Source: Azolla caroliniana
Lineage: Eukaryota; Plantae; Polypodiophyta
Length of the DNA stretch: 64,000 nt
Direction: 5' to 3'
Assembly (NCBI GenBank): GCA_043228905.1
Contig: JBHGNT010000015.1
Span: 5,766,001 to 5,830,000 of the forward strand
Shown here: positions 10,541 to 24,307 of the stretch, piece after piece
How positions within the stretch are numbered: position 1 is the first letter of the stretch
Layout of the letters: every line of letters begins with the position of its first letter
The notes under the pieces: model-generated
What the model was told of the DNA's origin: nothing
Database searches by the model: none
What the model saw: the letters and a program-made list of their open reading frames with translations, nothing else
Position numbers and translations under genes: made by a program

Positions 10541-13500
10541 AGGACACACTACACTTCAAAATTATATGAATACTCTGTCTTTGTACAACGCGCTCATCAG
10601 CGCTATTTATACAAGTCCACATGGGACTGTTAGGAGTACGGTGTACTTCAATGCTCACATGAGCATCTGACACTAACTACGAGACTATAACTTCCTAGTA
10701 GTCTAACCTATACTAGGCTTCCGGTTACGGATTGGATCCGGCATACCGGCTCCCCAGCTCACCGGTCCTTACTGCTTACCAGCTCGGTTGCTCATAGGCA
10801 TACCGATTCATCTCGTTTACCGGCTCAGGCTTATTCAGCCGATCCGGCTCCAGTTGAGCTTGCCGGTCAACACTCCCCCTCAAGCTCAACCTAAGGTAGG
10901 GTCGTAGTGTCAACCTTTGTGGCAGCCGGTTCTTCCAACCGACTTCTCCTGGCGTCGCTTCGCCTTGCTCGCGCTCCTTGTCCGGTCGAGTCCCGTTTGC
11001 CGCGACCCCTTTGGTTCTGTGGGCCTCGACCTTCCGCATGTTTGCTCAATAGGCCCATCTCAGCTCCTTCGCTGCTATGACTCCGGCGCTTGCCGATCCG
11101 TCGGTTCCTCCGCGATGGCATTGACTTCCGCTGCATCCGTGTCTCCTTGGCCTCTCGTTGATCCGACTCATCTGGATCCGTCTGTTGATCCGAATCGGCT
11201 GTCTCTGACTCATTCCAGCTCTTGTTCGAATCGGTATCCTCCAATTCAATTTTCGGTTTCAGGCCTCTCACCACATCGGACCACGTCTAGGTCTTGGCCT
11301 TCTCCGTGCTTCCCTTGGCTTCTTCAGCCGGTTCACCGAAGTCAAATTCTTCATTCGACTCCGCATCATGGCCATTACGATCGTGATGACCTCCGTATAG
11401 CATGCACTTCTTCTTCTTCACAACCGCTCACTCCGACCTCTTCGGATGTGCCGACTTCCTTCGTCGACTCGGCTTCATTTTTCTTCTTGTCTCCACCTCT
11501 ACCGGTTCTTCTCTTACCTACGGGTTCAACAGTTTTTTTGCCTTTGCCCGTTTCGGTAGTGTCTTTGCCCTTGCGTCTCCCTCTCAAGTGCGGCACGTTG
11601 AGATGCTGAACACCAAGCATTTCGGTAAAGTGCTGCAACTTGTCCGACCCGAGCGGCTTGGTGAAGATGTCGGCAACTTGCCGATCCATGTGAACATACC
11701 GTAGTTCAACTTCACCGCTCAGGACCCGCTCACGCACGAAGTGATAATGCACTTCTATGTGCTTTGTGCGAGCATGGAACATAGGGTTCTTGGAGAGTTG
11801 CATGCTGCTGAGGTTATCGCAGTAGATCAGGATCGGGGTTGGTACCTCGATCCGCAGGTCTTGCAGTAGTCGCCGAAGCCAAATGGCTTCGTAGGTGGCA
11901 ACGGTCGCGCCCCGGTATTTAGCCTCAGTGCTGGATAGAGCCACTGTTGGCTGCTTTTTGCTGCTCCACGCAACAACCGCACTCCCAAGAGAAAACATAA
12001 AGCCGGAAGTTGAGCGACGATTTGTTGCATCTCCAGCCCAATCGGCATCCGTGTAGCCGACAAGATCTTCGATTATACCTTGCTAGTATAAGAGCCCCCG
12101 GTCCTTAGTGCCGCTTACATACCTCAGTATTCGTTGCGCGCACTGAAGGGCTCCACGGTCGGCTTCTACATGAATTGGCTTACCACTCCGACTGGATAGC
12201 TAATGTCGGGTCGGGTGATGGTCAAATAGATTAGGCTTCCGACTATTTGTCGGAACCGTTTCTCATTGTAGGCTGGTCCGGAGTTGGGATGGATCTTCTG
12301 ATTCCGGTCCAGGGGTGTGGAGACAGGTCGGCATTCCGTCATGCTGATCTTGTACAGTATATTCAATGCATAATGGCGTTGAGAAAGCAATATGCTGTCG
12401 GGGGTGCGGATCACCTCGATCCCCAAAAAATAATGAAGGTCCCCCAAGTCCTTCATATCGAATGCGTCCGACAACTGGGACTTGACGCGGTTGATTTCCG
12501 GAAGACCTGGGCCGGTGAGATACATACTAGACCGTTTGAGCATTGACGGATGAACATGGAAGAGTCCGACTTAGAGGCAACAAACCCCATCTTTCACAAC
12601 CGGTGGGTGATCTTAGCATTCCAAGCATGGGGGGCTTGCTTCAAGCCATACAATGACTTCCTCAGCCGACATACCGTCGATTTGTTCACCTCCGATTGAA
12701 ATCCGGGGGGCTGAGTCATAAAGACTTCTTCATCAAGATCTCCTTGAAGGAAGGCATTCTTCACATCCATTTGATGAAGATGCCACCCCCTTGACGCAGC
12801 AACCGCCAGTACCACACGAACCGTCGTCATCTTCGCTACAGGAGCGAAGGTCTCGTCGTAGTCGATTTCGTGGGTCTGCGCATATCCCTTCGCCACTAAC
12901 CGGGCCTTGTACCGATTAACTGTACCATCGGCATTGTACTTTATCTTGTACACCCACTTGCATCCGATCGGTTTACAGTGACGGGGAGGGTCAACCAGGT
13001 CTCCCAAGTTCCGTTGGCATCCAATGCCCGCATTTCTTCCTCCATAGCGGCACGCCAATTTGCGTTGTTTGCCGCTTCTGCGTAGCTCTCCGGCTCATGC
13101 ACTTCTGTGACCTTGGTCATGTACGCATAATGATGCGCCATGTACTCGTTATACCCGTACCGTATAATGGGATCCTTCTGGCGGGTGGACCGGCATAACT
13201 CACCGTTACCCAGTATGAGACCCTTCTTGGCCGGTTCGGTCTTCGTTCCCGAAGGTCTGCCTATGTACTTGCTGAAGTCAGATACGCACTGATCCGACTC
13301 ATCATTACCAGTCTCAAATTCTGGCATCTTCTGCTTCCCTTTCTCTTTGCGTGTGAACCATCTCCTCGGTTCCTTGCGCGGGGAGAGCATGACGGAGTCT
13401 CCACTACTCGCCATCTCATCATCCGACTGGTTGGACTGATCCAGTCTCTCATTTGGTCTGCTTAACCGGAACGATTCGAGACTCTCATCTTGAGTCCCGG

Positions 13501-14582
13501 CTTCATCTTTCTCTACTTGGGCCGGTTCGGGCTCACTAGCCCCATCCTCCAACATCGGGTCAGGATCGGAAGTCGGAGTCGGTAAGGAATACCACGATGC
13601 TGATTCATCAAACTCGACATCTCGGCTGACTCGGACCTGCTTCGTCTGGGGGTTATAACACTTATACCCCTTTTGCTCTTGAGCATAGCCGACTAGGATG
13701 CATTTTTCAGATTTTGCATCCAGCTTTTTCCGCTTCTCCGGCACATGTACATAGGCTATGGTGCCGAATATCCAGAGGTGTCTCAAATTCGGCTTGCGCC
13801 TGAAATACAACTCATGAGCTGACACCTTGTCCCCGATCCGGTTCTGGATGTAAACGGCCGTTTGGACCCAGTAGAACTTGGGCATGCTCTTTTCCTCCAG
13901 CATTGCCCTAGCCACGTCAATCAGCGACCGATTCTTCCTTTCGGCCACACCATTCTGTTGCGGTGTGTATCTGCAGCTGAATTCTCACCGAATTCCTTTT
14001 TGTTGCAGATAGCTGTTGAATTGGCCGGAAAAGTACTCTTTTCCGCCATCCGACCGTAGGCATTTGATCTTCCTCTCCGATTCCTGTTGAGGCTCCGGAA
14101 ACACTCGAGGACTTCGCTCTTCCGCTCAATGAGGTAGATCCACGTATGCCGCATGTAGTCGTCGATGAAGGAGACGAAATATCGACTCCCGCCAATGCTA
14201 ACATTTTGTGCCGGTCCCCACGCATCCGAATGGATAAGATCGAGCTTGTTACGGCTTCAATTTCTTTCGGTGGGGAATGGAAGCCGGTGTTGCTTCCCGA
14301 GTTGGCAGGCTTCACAAATCTAGGCTCTCTGGCCGCTAAACTTTGGCACAAGCCGAAAACGACTTGTTCCATTTGCAGGTCTTGAAGCCTCTGGTAGTTG
14401 ACGTGGCCGATCCTCTTGTGCGACAGGTCGATATCCGACTCGACCTTCTGTCCTTTGGCGAACAGTGCAGTGCCGACATCATTGGTGTTGAGGATAAACA
14501 TCCTCTGTCCATTGGTTTTCTTGTTCTTCTTCGTTGGTTTTTCCTTCAAGCAAAGTCGGCTACAGAGGTTCTCAACCCTCGC

Positions 14583-14594
14583 GCTTTGATACCA
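14583..14594 (-). promoter_or_regulatory. tRNA-iMet PBS (TGGTATCAAAGC)
   Basis: Abuts the LTR CA end. One mismatch from TGGTATCAGAGC. Confidence 0.9.
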
Positions 14595-14830
14595 TGAAAA
14601 GAATAGTGTGCGGAAGCAATATAGGAAACCGAACAACAGAAGACACAGGTTTAATGGAAAGCTTAGGTTTGCACAGTATGCACGGGAGAGACAGAGAGAA
14701 AGTAATCACAAGAACTTAATTCAAAAATAATACTCGATTTGTACATCATGTGTGTTCAATGAACACTTTTATACAAGTCCTTTTCGGACTGTCAGAAGTA
14801 CAGACAGTACTTCAATGCTCATTAAGGAGC

Positions 14831-15996
14831 CCCGAAGAGGCATTTTAGACTATTTACAATTATAGTCTTCTGAAATGATTTCGGTTTTCGATTTCGGTTT
14901 TGGTACTTCTCTTCCCATACGGAGGGACATGTTTCCCAACAAACTCTCCCTTCACTCCGGCATGGGGTACTTCACCAGAGCGACTCTCTGTCGGCACGCG
15001 TTTAGCTTTTCGGCTGACAACACCTTCGTCAGCATATCCGATCCATTTTCGGCCGCGTGGATCTTCACTAGAGAAAAATCCTTTTCTTCAATTCGCTCTT
15101 GGTGCCAATGATATCTTCTCTGGATGTGTTTGGTCCTCGAGTGGTAGGCGGCATTTTTCGCAAGGTGGATGACACTCTGGTTATTGCAATGGAGTTGGAA
15201 TTCTTCCTGCCAAATTCCCAGCTCACCGATAAAATCCTTCATCCATATGATTTCCTTGCCAGCTTCAATTGCGGCCTTATATTCGGCTTCCGTGGTCGAT
15301 AGCGCCACGGCCTTCTGCAGCCTTGACTGCCATGAAACAACTCCCCCTGCATAAGTCATTATGTAGCCGGACGTGGATCGGTTGGTATCCACATCAGCCG
15401 ACATGTCCGAGTCAGTATATCCTTCCAGTGTGGGGTTACCGGAATTGAAACAAAGATACACGTTCGAGGTGTATTTTAGGTACCGAAGTATCCACTTCAC
15501 GGTAGCCCAATGCTCTCTTCCGGGGTTGCTCATATATTAGCTAACCACGTCAACTGCATATCCTATGTCCGACATGGTACATACCATTGCATACATCAGG
15601 CTTCCAACCACCGAGGCATAAGGGATTTTTAACATCTCGGCCTTCTCAGTTTTCGATTTCGGATATATTGTTCTTTGCTTAGCTTGCAGTTCGTCGGTAG
15701 TGTCAAGCAGACCGGTTTTGTGATTTCCATGCCGAATCTCTAGAGCACCTTTGTCACGTACTTTTCTTGTGACAGCCACAAGAATTTCTTTGTTTGATCT
15801 CAAACAATCTGCATCCCCAAGATTTGCTTTGCCAGGCCCATATCCTTCATCGAAAACGATCTGCTCAAGGCCTTCTTCAACACTTGAACCTTCATATGGT
15901 TCCGTCCGACAATCAACATGTCGTCCACGTAGAACAGGAGGATGAGGAAATATCTTCACCACCGGGGCAAATATCTCGTCGAAATATACACCCTTC
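14831..15996 (-). mobile_element. Tnt1/Tork-like Copia remnant (RT deleted internally, RH, PPT, partial 3' LTR)
   Basis: YVDDML, PYASVVGSLMYAM, WQSRLQ..STTEAEY, HSRTKHI. PPT 14942-14954. LTR end matches the solo LTR end at 29525-29544. Confidence 0.88.
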
Positions 15997-16373
15997 TGTA
16001 AAAAGAATAGTGTGTGGAAGCAATAGAAAACCGAACATAGAAACGCAAGTTTAATGGAGAGCTTGAATATACATAGTACGTGGGAGAGACAGAAAGAGAG
16101 AGAGAAGACACACAGAAATTCAATTCAAAATAATACTCAATTTGTACATAGGATGTGCTCAGTGAGCACCGGGGAAAATATCTCGTCGAAATATACACCC
16201 TTCTGTAAAAAGAATAGTGTGTGGAAGCAATAGAAAACCGAACATAGAAACACAAGTTTAATGGAGAGCTTGAATATACATAGTACGCGGGAGAGACAGA
16301 AAGAGAGAGAGAAGACACACAAAAATTCAATTCAAAATAATACTCAATCTGTACATAGGATGTGCTCAGTGAG
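15960..16373. repeat. 207-bp tandem duplication spanning the Tork-RT / Copia-C LTR junction
   Basis: ACCGGGG..TATCTCGTCGAAATATACACCCTTCTGTAAAAAG at 15961 and 16168. Confidence 0.92.
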
Positions 16374-19300
16374 CACTTTTATACAAGTCCATACGGACTG
16401 ACAGACGTACTGATACGTACTTTAATGCTCATAAATGAGCTCTACACTAACTCCCAAAATATATTCCTACACGGAATATCTTTCCAACGGCCTCAAGGTT
16501 TACGCACCGCTACGGCTTCTCGTTGCGTACCGGTTTATGCACCGGTTCGGCCTAATTGATTGCTCCCAACTGATCCGCCCAATGTTGAGCTTGTATCTCA
16601 ACACTCCCCCTCAAGCTCAACTTGAGGCTCCATCTGCTGTTCCGGATCATTGCTCTGGTTCCTTCTGGCTTCACGCCTTGCTCACGCTCCTCGACCTCCT
16701 CGATTCCGCGCGCCTCGACCCTTTTGGTCGGCTTGTTTGCTCACACAGCCCTTCTCAGCTTCCTTGTTGTTGCGGTGCTGGCACCTCTTTTGCTGCCTTC
16801 TCTTCTGCTTGGCCCTTGGCTGATTCAGTGTATCCGAATCAAACATCTGAACCGACTCGGCTTCCTCCGATTGTTTTTCGCTCTCATCCAAGTTGGCTGT
16901 CTCCAACTCTTCTTCGGTCTTCTCGCGCTTGATGGCTTCATCTCCCGCACGCTTGGTTGGATTCGACTCTTTTTTTCGGCTGCTCCCCTTATGTCCCGCA
17001 CGCTTGGTTGGCTTCGAATCTTCCGCGGATCTGCCCTCGGCTTCTTCAGCCCATCCGAAATCGAATTCGTCATCTGACTTGACGTCGCGGTCTTCCGGAA
17101 CTTCTCTCCCCCTTTCGTGGTCATTCGGGACGTCTCTCCCCCTCAAGTTCGGCACGTCGAGGTGACGCAACCCAAGTGCACCCGAGAATTGCTGCAACTT
17201 GTCCAGACCAAGAGGCTTGGTGAAGACGTCGGCGGTCTGCCGATCCGTCGGAACATACTGAAGTTTGTCTTCACTGGAGAGTTCACGCTCGCGGACAAAA
17301 TGGTACTGCACCTCAATGTTGTTAGTCCGGGGGTGGAAGATGGGGTTCTTTGCTAGTTGGATGTTGCTGAGGTTGTCGCAGTAGATTGTCGTTGGATTAG
17401 ATACATCCACCTGCAGATCCTTAAGTAGCCGCTTCAACCATATGGCTTCGCATGTCACGACAACATCTCCTTTATACTCGGCTTCGGTGCTCGACAACGC
17501 AACTTTCGGCTGCTTCTTGCTACTCCACGCGATCGCGGCACTCCCGTGAGAGAACGCAAAACCGGACGTGGATCGGCGATCGGCGACGTTGCCGGCCTAG
17601 TCGGTATCCGTGTAGCCGACCAACTGCGGGGATGTATCAGACCGATATACTAGCCCCCGATCCTTAGTGCCACTGACGTACCGGAGTATGCGTTGTGTGC
17701 ACTGAAGGTGTTCCTCGGTCGATTGCACCATGAACTGACTAATCACCCCGACCGGGTAGCTGAGATCTGGTCGGGTGATGGTCAAGTATATAAGGCTTCT
17801 AACTATTTGTCAAAACCTCGTCGGGTTGCACACCTTTCCGGAATTGGGGCGAAGCTTGACGGTTCTATCCAGGCAGACTTACAATCGGCCATCCCGAATT
17901 TGAAGAGCATACTTAGCATGTAATGCCGTTGGCTGATTAGTATGCCTTCGGGGGTGCGGATCACTTCGATCGCGAGGAAGTAATGAAGGTCACCCAGATC
18001 CTTCATGTCGAATAATGCCGCAAGCTGGAGCTTCACGCGATCAATTCCACTTAGGTCGGCGCCGGTGATGACCAAGTCATCATCATAAAGTAAAATACTA
18101 ACCGGCCCGAGTCGACCTTTCCGGATGAACAGTGAGGAGTCCGATTACGACATCGCAAAGCCCATCCGACGCTGTTGCTGCGTGATCTTCGTGTTCTAGG
18201 CATGCGGGGCTTGCTTTAGTCCGTAAAGGGACTTCTTTAATCGGCACACCGCCGAAGTGTTCATTCTGGAGTGAAATCCGGGGGGTTGTACCATGTACAC
18301 TTGTTCCTCAAGCTCACCTTGCAGGAACACATTCTTTACATCCATCTAATGTAAGTGCCACCCCTTTGCTGCAGCTATCGTGAGCAAAACACAGACGGTC
18401 GTCATCTTCGCGACAGGTGCAAACGTCTCATCGTAGTCGATGCCGTGTTGCTGCGCGTAACCTTTTGCTACTAACTGGGCCTTTTATCGGTTGACCGAGC
18501 CGTCAATGTTGTACTTGACCTTGTACACCCACATACATCCGATGGGCTTCACACCTTTCGGTGCGCCAACCAAGTCCCAGGTTTCATTTTCCGCCAATGT
18601 GTGCATCTCTTCCTCCATTGCGGCAAGCCAATTTGCATCCTTCGCCGCTTCTGCGTAGCTCTCCAGCTCACGCACTTCCGCTACACACGTCATGTATGCA
18701 TAGTGATGCACCATGTACTCGTTGTAACCGAACTGCACAACAGGGTTCTTCTGGCGGGTAGATCATCGTAATTGTTCATTGGCCGATGTTAAGGCTTTCT
18801 TAGCCGACGGACTTCGTTCTTGAAGACCCCTCATCACTTCCCTCGGAATCGGACTCGTGTCGATCCGACTTGTTCCTATCCGTGCCGTAATCCGGCACCT
18901 TCTTCTTCCATTTTTACTTGCGCGTAAGCCGTCTCCTCGGCTTCCTACGCGGGAATGCACGACCGAGTCTCCACTACTCGCCGGCTCTTCATCGGACTGG
19001 TCGCTCATCCGGAGGCATCTCGGCCTCGCTGACCTCATCGTCAGAACTCAGATTGGAGGTGAGGTCCGGAGTCAGAGGCAAGTACCAGGATGCAGATTCA
19101 TCAAACACAACGTCGCGGATCACACGCGCTTGTTTGGTGTGAGGGTTAGAACACTTATAACCCTTCTACTCGTCCAAATAGCCGACCAAGATACACTTCT
19201 CGGCTTTCGTGTCTAGCTTCCTCCGCTTCTCCTTCGGTACATGCACATACGCAATGCTACCGAAAACTCTTAAGTGTCGCAAATTCGGCTTTGTTCCGAA

Positions 19301-19650
19301 GTATAACTCATGCGCCGACACTTTTTCTCTGATCCGGTTCTAGATGTAGATCGCGGTCCGAACCGCTTCGGCCCAGTAGAACTTGGGCAAGCTCTTCTCC
19401 TCCAGCATTGCCCGTGCCACTTCCACAACCGACCGATTTTTCCTTTCGGCCACGCCGCTTTGCTTCGGCGTATATTTGCAACTAAATTCACGTCGAATTC
19501 CCATATGTTGTAGATACCCGTTGAATTCACCGAAAAAGTACTCTTTTCCGCCATTCGACCGTAGGCCCTTGATGTTTCTTCCTGTTTCTCTTTAGAAGAA
19601 ACTCTTGAGGTCCCGGAAATAATCAAAGACTTCACTCTTCTTCTCAATGA

Positions 19651-19675
19651 GGTTTAGGGTTTAGGGTTTAGGGTT
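19651..19675 (+). repeat. Interstitial plant telomere repeat GG(TTTAGGG)3TT
   Basis: Three perfect units inside the Copia-C integrase. Confidence 0.95.
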
Positions 19676-22600
19676 CAAGTCGAGCTTGTTTGGGCTCTGA
19701 TTATGCTTGTTGGGGAAAGGAAGTCGGTGTTGCTTCCCTAGCTGGCAGGCTTCACAAAGTTGTACCTTCCAGCCACTAAATTTGGGCGATCTGAACACCA
19801 CTTGTTTCGATTGCAGGTCCTGAAGCTGTTGATAGTTGACGTGGCCTATCCGCTTGTGCCATAAGTGGATATCCGACTCAACTTTTTGTCCTTTCACGAA
19901 CATTGCGGTGCCACCATCACTAGAGTCAAGGATAAACATTGTCCCGTCTCTGCGCCGTTGCGCAATAACTCGGCCTTCTTCCTCGATGAAGCACTCGAGA
20001 TGCTTGAACCCCTAGTTGACAATCTACCCGACTGACACAAGATTCTTTGTGATTGTCGGGACGTGTAACACATTCATGAGTTTCCCTTTCTGCCCGACAT
20101 GGCTCAGGGGAACTTCACCGACATTCGTGATCGAATGCGGAGTGTCGTCTCCGGTTGCGTCTACTCCTGGATACATCAATTTCTCAAGGTATGAGAACCA
20201 CTCCTTGTGGCACATCATGTGATTTGACGTGCCGGGGTCGACGTTGTCGTGAAAATCCGTCACTATGTGCGGATCGTGAGACGGAACCTCCGGGGTTCTG
20301 GACTAGAAGGATTTAGTGCAACACGTACAACACAAGCAAGTTTTAAGCATAAGACAAGTGAGCGAGACAAATCATTAGTTTATTGCAAAGAAAATCGATT
20401 CTTTATAATTTCAGAATCGTGTTACAATGGGTTGGGTATGGAAATGAGAGATTAATTTTTCAAAGAAAGGAGCCAACAACCATGCATCCACGCATGCGTG
20501 CGCGTAGTGTACGCATCCACACATGCACGCGCGTCCAACCCGCACCGTGTACGCATCCGCGCGCAAAAATCTCGACTGCGCCGTAGTGTACGCATCCACG
20601 GATGCACGCCTCTACGTGCTCTCCGCACACACGCGTCCGTCCGAAATGTCCACACGTACATCCGAAGACATCCATGCGCACGTATGTCCGAAAACGTCCA
20701 CGTGGCCATGCACACACGCGTGCGCCCAATCCTGCATACACGCATATGGCCAAAGCGTGCACACCACACAATGTACCCCAAGTCACCTTGAACATTCTGT
20801 GCTCCACACATTGATAGAATGAACATGTTTTGGTTTCCCTTATATATTTTGGGTTCCAATGTTGTCCTATCTATGTGGGATATCTCACAGTTTTGTCTTT
20901 TCTTTTCTTTTCTTCAAACTTTACACTCACATAACTTGATACTTGTTTATCCGTTTTATGCGTAGTAAAATACGCTATGAAGCTCTTGAACACATCTATC
21001 TTTCCATATCAATATATTAAGCTAATCGTAAATAATTATTTTACTAGTTTTCATATCGTGTGTGAAAAACCACATGACATTCATCCCCACCAAACCTACA
21101 CATCCACCAATATGTGCCAATTTAGGTGAGGTTCCTGTTTTTTAATTACTCTTCTTCAACCTTGATGTTCGAGGATACATCATCTAGAGTTTCGATCTCA
21201 AGATTTGGGGCCTCTCTTCTCTTAAAGATCTTGATCCTCTTCCCTGCTATTGGCAAAGCAAGTCGAGTTCCATCTAACTCCGCTAAAAAATAGGTTGCAT
21301 TGCTTTCTATTTTCTTGACCATATACGGGCCAAACCATCGTTTTGCGAACTTTCGAGCAGTGCTATATTGATTATCGAGACTACTATCATAGACAAGAAC
21401 CCAATCTCCTTCTTCAATTTTTCTTTGTCGAAGACGATGCTTTCTATCAAAATTGTCCTTGTTCTTCAATCGAGCTTGGCGCAACTGTTCTATTGCCAAC
21501 TCAACATCTTCGGGCCTTCGTTGTAATTGTTGAATCCTCGTGGCTAGCAATTCTTCCTGACTCATTTCCTCTTGCCATGGCAAAGATGTCCACGAAGCAA
21601 CACTTTGCTCAATAGGCATTATTGGTTTTTGTCCTAATATGAGTTTGGCGGGCATATATCCCGTAGTTGTGCTATGTGTAGTTCTATCTACCCACAATGC
21701 ATAAGGTAGTAATCGTGGTCAATTTCCCATCTTGCCATCGCAAGTCTTTGCTAGAGCTTTTACAATTGGACTATGTCCTCGTTCCACCTTCCCATTTGCG
21801 TCCGGGTTGTATGCCATGGTGAGCGATAATTTGACGCCTATTCTTGAAAATAACTCTTTAGCTTCATGCGCATCTAATTCTCCCCTATCGGCCACTATTT
21901 TGCCGACACATCCGTATCGACAAATAACATCTTCAAGGAGAAACTTACAAACTGCCGAAGTTGTTTTATTCCTTAGTGCCCGTCCTTCTACTTGGTTGGT
22001 GAGATCCTCTCTTGCTAGCACGAGATATTTCATTTGGCCCAATTCCATTGGCATAACCACTATGTCTACGAACCATTTATAGTGCATTGATAATGGATAT
22101 GTCGGACGAAGTTCATCCCTATGTTGAATATTCGAGTATAATTGGCATTGCTCACATGTTTCAACATAACTTGCTACATCTTTGTAAACACCCGGCCACC
22201 AATACTTCTCCTTGAGCTTTGCAAATGTTGCCCACATACCACGATGACCTGCCCACACACTATCATGAAATTCAGCAATTAGTGTTTGTTGATCCTGTTT
22301 CTTGCACACCACTTGAAGTGGAGTTCCATTCTTCTTCTTCCGAAACTTCCATAGATGTCCTTCTTTGAGGAAGAACTTGTAGGCCTTCTTCCTAATTCGG
22401 TAAAAGTCTTCCTTTGACTATGATTCATCTTTTGTAAGAGAGCTTAAGTATTTGCCAATTTCGATGAATTCACCCTCATAATCTTCTACTTTGAACACTG
22501 CTAGCACCCGAGCACAAGAAACCGTAAAGAAGTTTACGCCAACATCCTCTTCGTTGGAGTGCAAATCTTCTTCACCCTCATACCTCGCCCTTGACAACAT

Positions 22601-24307
22601 ATCGGCCACCAGATTATGCTTTCCATTTATATGCCGAATCTCAGGGTTGAGGGACTTGATATAGGCAATCCATCGCAGCATTGCAATATCCGGTGAAGCA
22701 CAACCGGATATCATTCCGAGAATAGGTAGATAGTCGGTTTCGATTATGACCTCTATTCCTATAAGGTAGTCACGGTTTGTATTAACTGCGGACACTATTC
22801 CCCATAGCTCTCTCTTTACTTGAGCTTACTTCCTTTGTCTTTCGGTTAACACCTTCGCACCGAATCAGATTGCATACCGATTCTTTTCTTTATCTTCTTG
22901 GTTTATCACCCATCCAATTCCGGTTGGGCTCGTATCCACCGTCACATATATCAGGGTACCATCGGTGTAGTCGGCTTTGCGCAGTGCTGGATCTTCTAAT
23001 AATAGTTTCTTTAGCTTTAGAATCACGTAGGTATGCTCATCTTCCCATTTGAACTTCTTCCTTTTCTTTAATAGTCCATACAATGGTTCAACGACATGGG
23101 CATAATGTGGAATCCATATGTGATAGAATGCACATGCTCCCAAGAATCTTCGCACCTTCGTTTGAGACACACATTCTTCTTTCATCTCTTGAATAGCGTT
23201 CACCTTAGATGGAGATGGTTTCCGGCCATAAGACCCACATAAGTGTCCTACTACTAATATTTCTGGTTGACGGAATGCAGACTTCTCTCCCGAAAACGTG
23301 AGATTTGCATCCTCAAGCTTCTGCAACACCTTCTCGCTATCCTTTATATGATCGATGAAGAATCTTGAAACTGATCATAACCCGAGTAGAGATCACCAAT
23401 GGAATAGATCGATCTTCCCGCGAAGGCTTCGGCAAATTCATCCACACTTGGACCAATTCCGGCATTTCCGATCGTCACCTTGTTGACGGGTTGGAGATCT
23501 TGTATAAAGCGTAAGGACCCGTTCTTCTTCGGCACCGTAAACTATCTATTAGAGTACGGAGCATTGGATGGCTCAACAATTCCCATCCTAACCTTTTCCT
23601 TTAGAAGCTCAATCAACTTTGGAATGTGAGCTTTCGGAACCGGTATCAGATTGAGGTTCCAAGGTACATGCGGCACCGTAAAAATCACCATTGGCTCTAT
23701 CATCGTCGGGTTGGTACATTCGATCTCTTGTGGAGAGAAGGCAAAGGCTTTCCCATGTATCTCAAGCATTCGGCGGAACATTCTCTCCTCTTCGGGGAGA
23801 AGGAAATCTTCCCTTCCAAATTGTAGCTTTCCTTTCGTCTTTTTGGTGAAGACATGACCTATTGACTTTCGATCCCTTAAGCTCGGATCATTGGCAACTT
23901 CTTTCATCTTCTATCAGCTATCTTCCGGTAGCGAAACCGCAACTGGCTTGATCTTCTTATACACCGTTTTATATTTTGTGTTGACTTCAGCTTCCTCCAT
24001 CAAGATGCCCCGATGATATCATCGATGATAGCGTACATGTTGACGGAGTTAACCGAAATCACATTTTGATCGTGAGGGTAGCTCAATTCCGCGACCTCGT
24101 CGATTTCACCGATGGTGTCATTAAATGAGGCTTCCTCTAGAATATGAGACACAAATTCTTCTTCTTCGATTATGCTTTCTTCTTTCAACATCTTCTCGAA
24201 GTCTTGTATCTGGCGCTTGTCCTTCTTGTCTAGTAGTGTTAGTTTACATGCGCCACTAGGTGTCACACATGTTGCTTCTCCTTGCGGTCCACTTATTTCG
24301 CTTCCTT

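Larger units (their letters stand above)
10426..14830 (-). mobile_element. Copia-B (Bryco-like); gag-PR deleted, LTRs mismatched
   Basis: 3' LTR 10426-10872, PPT 10873-10886, RH/RT/IN ORFs, PBS 14583-14594, 5' LTR fragment from 14595. Confidence 0.9.

Noticed and set aside
10232-10670. SLSL/ERER ORFs
   Set aside because: Translation of a GA microsatellite.
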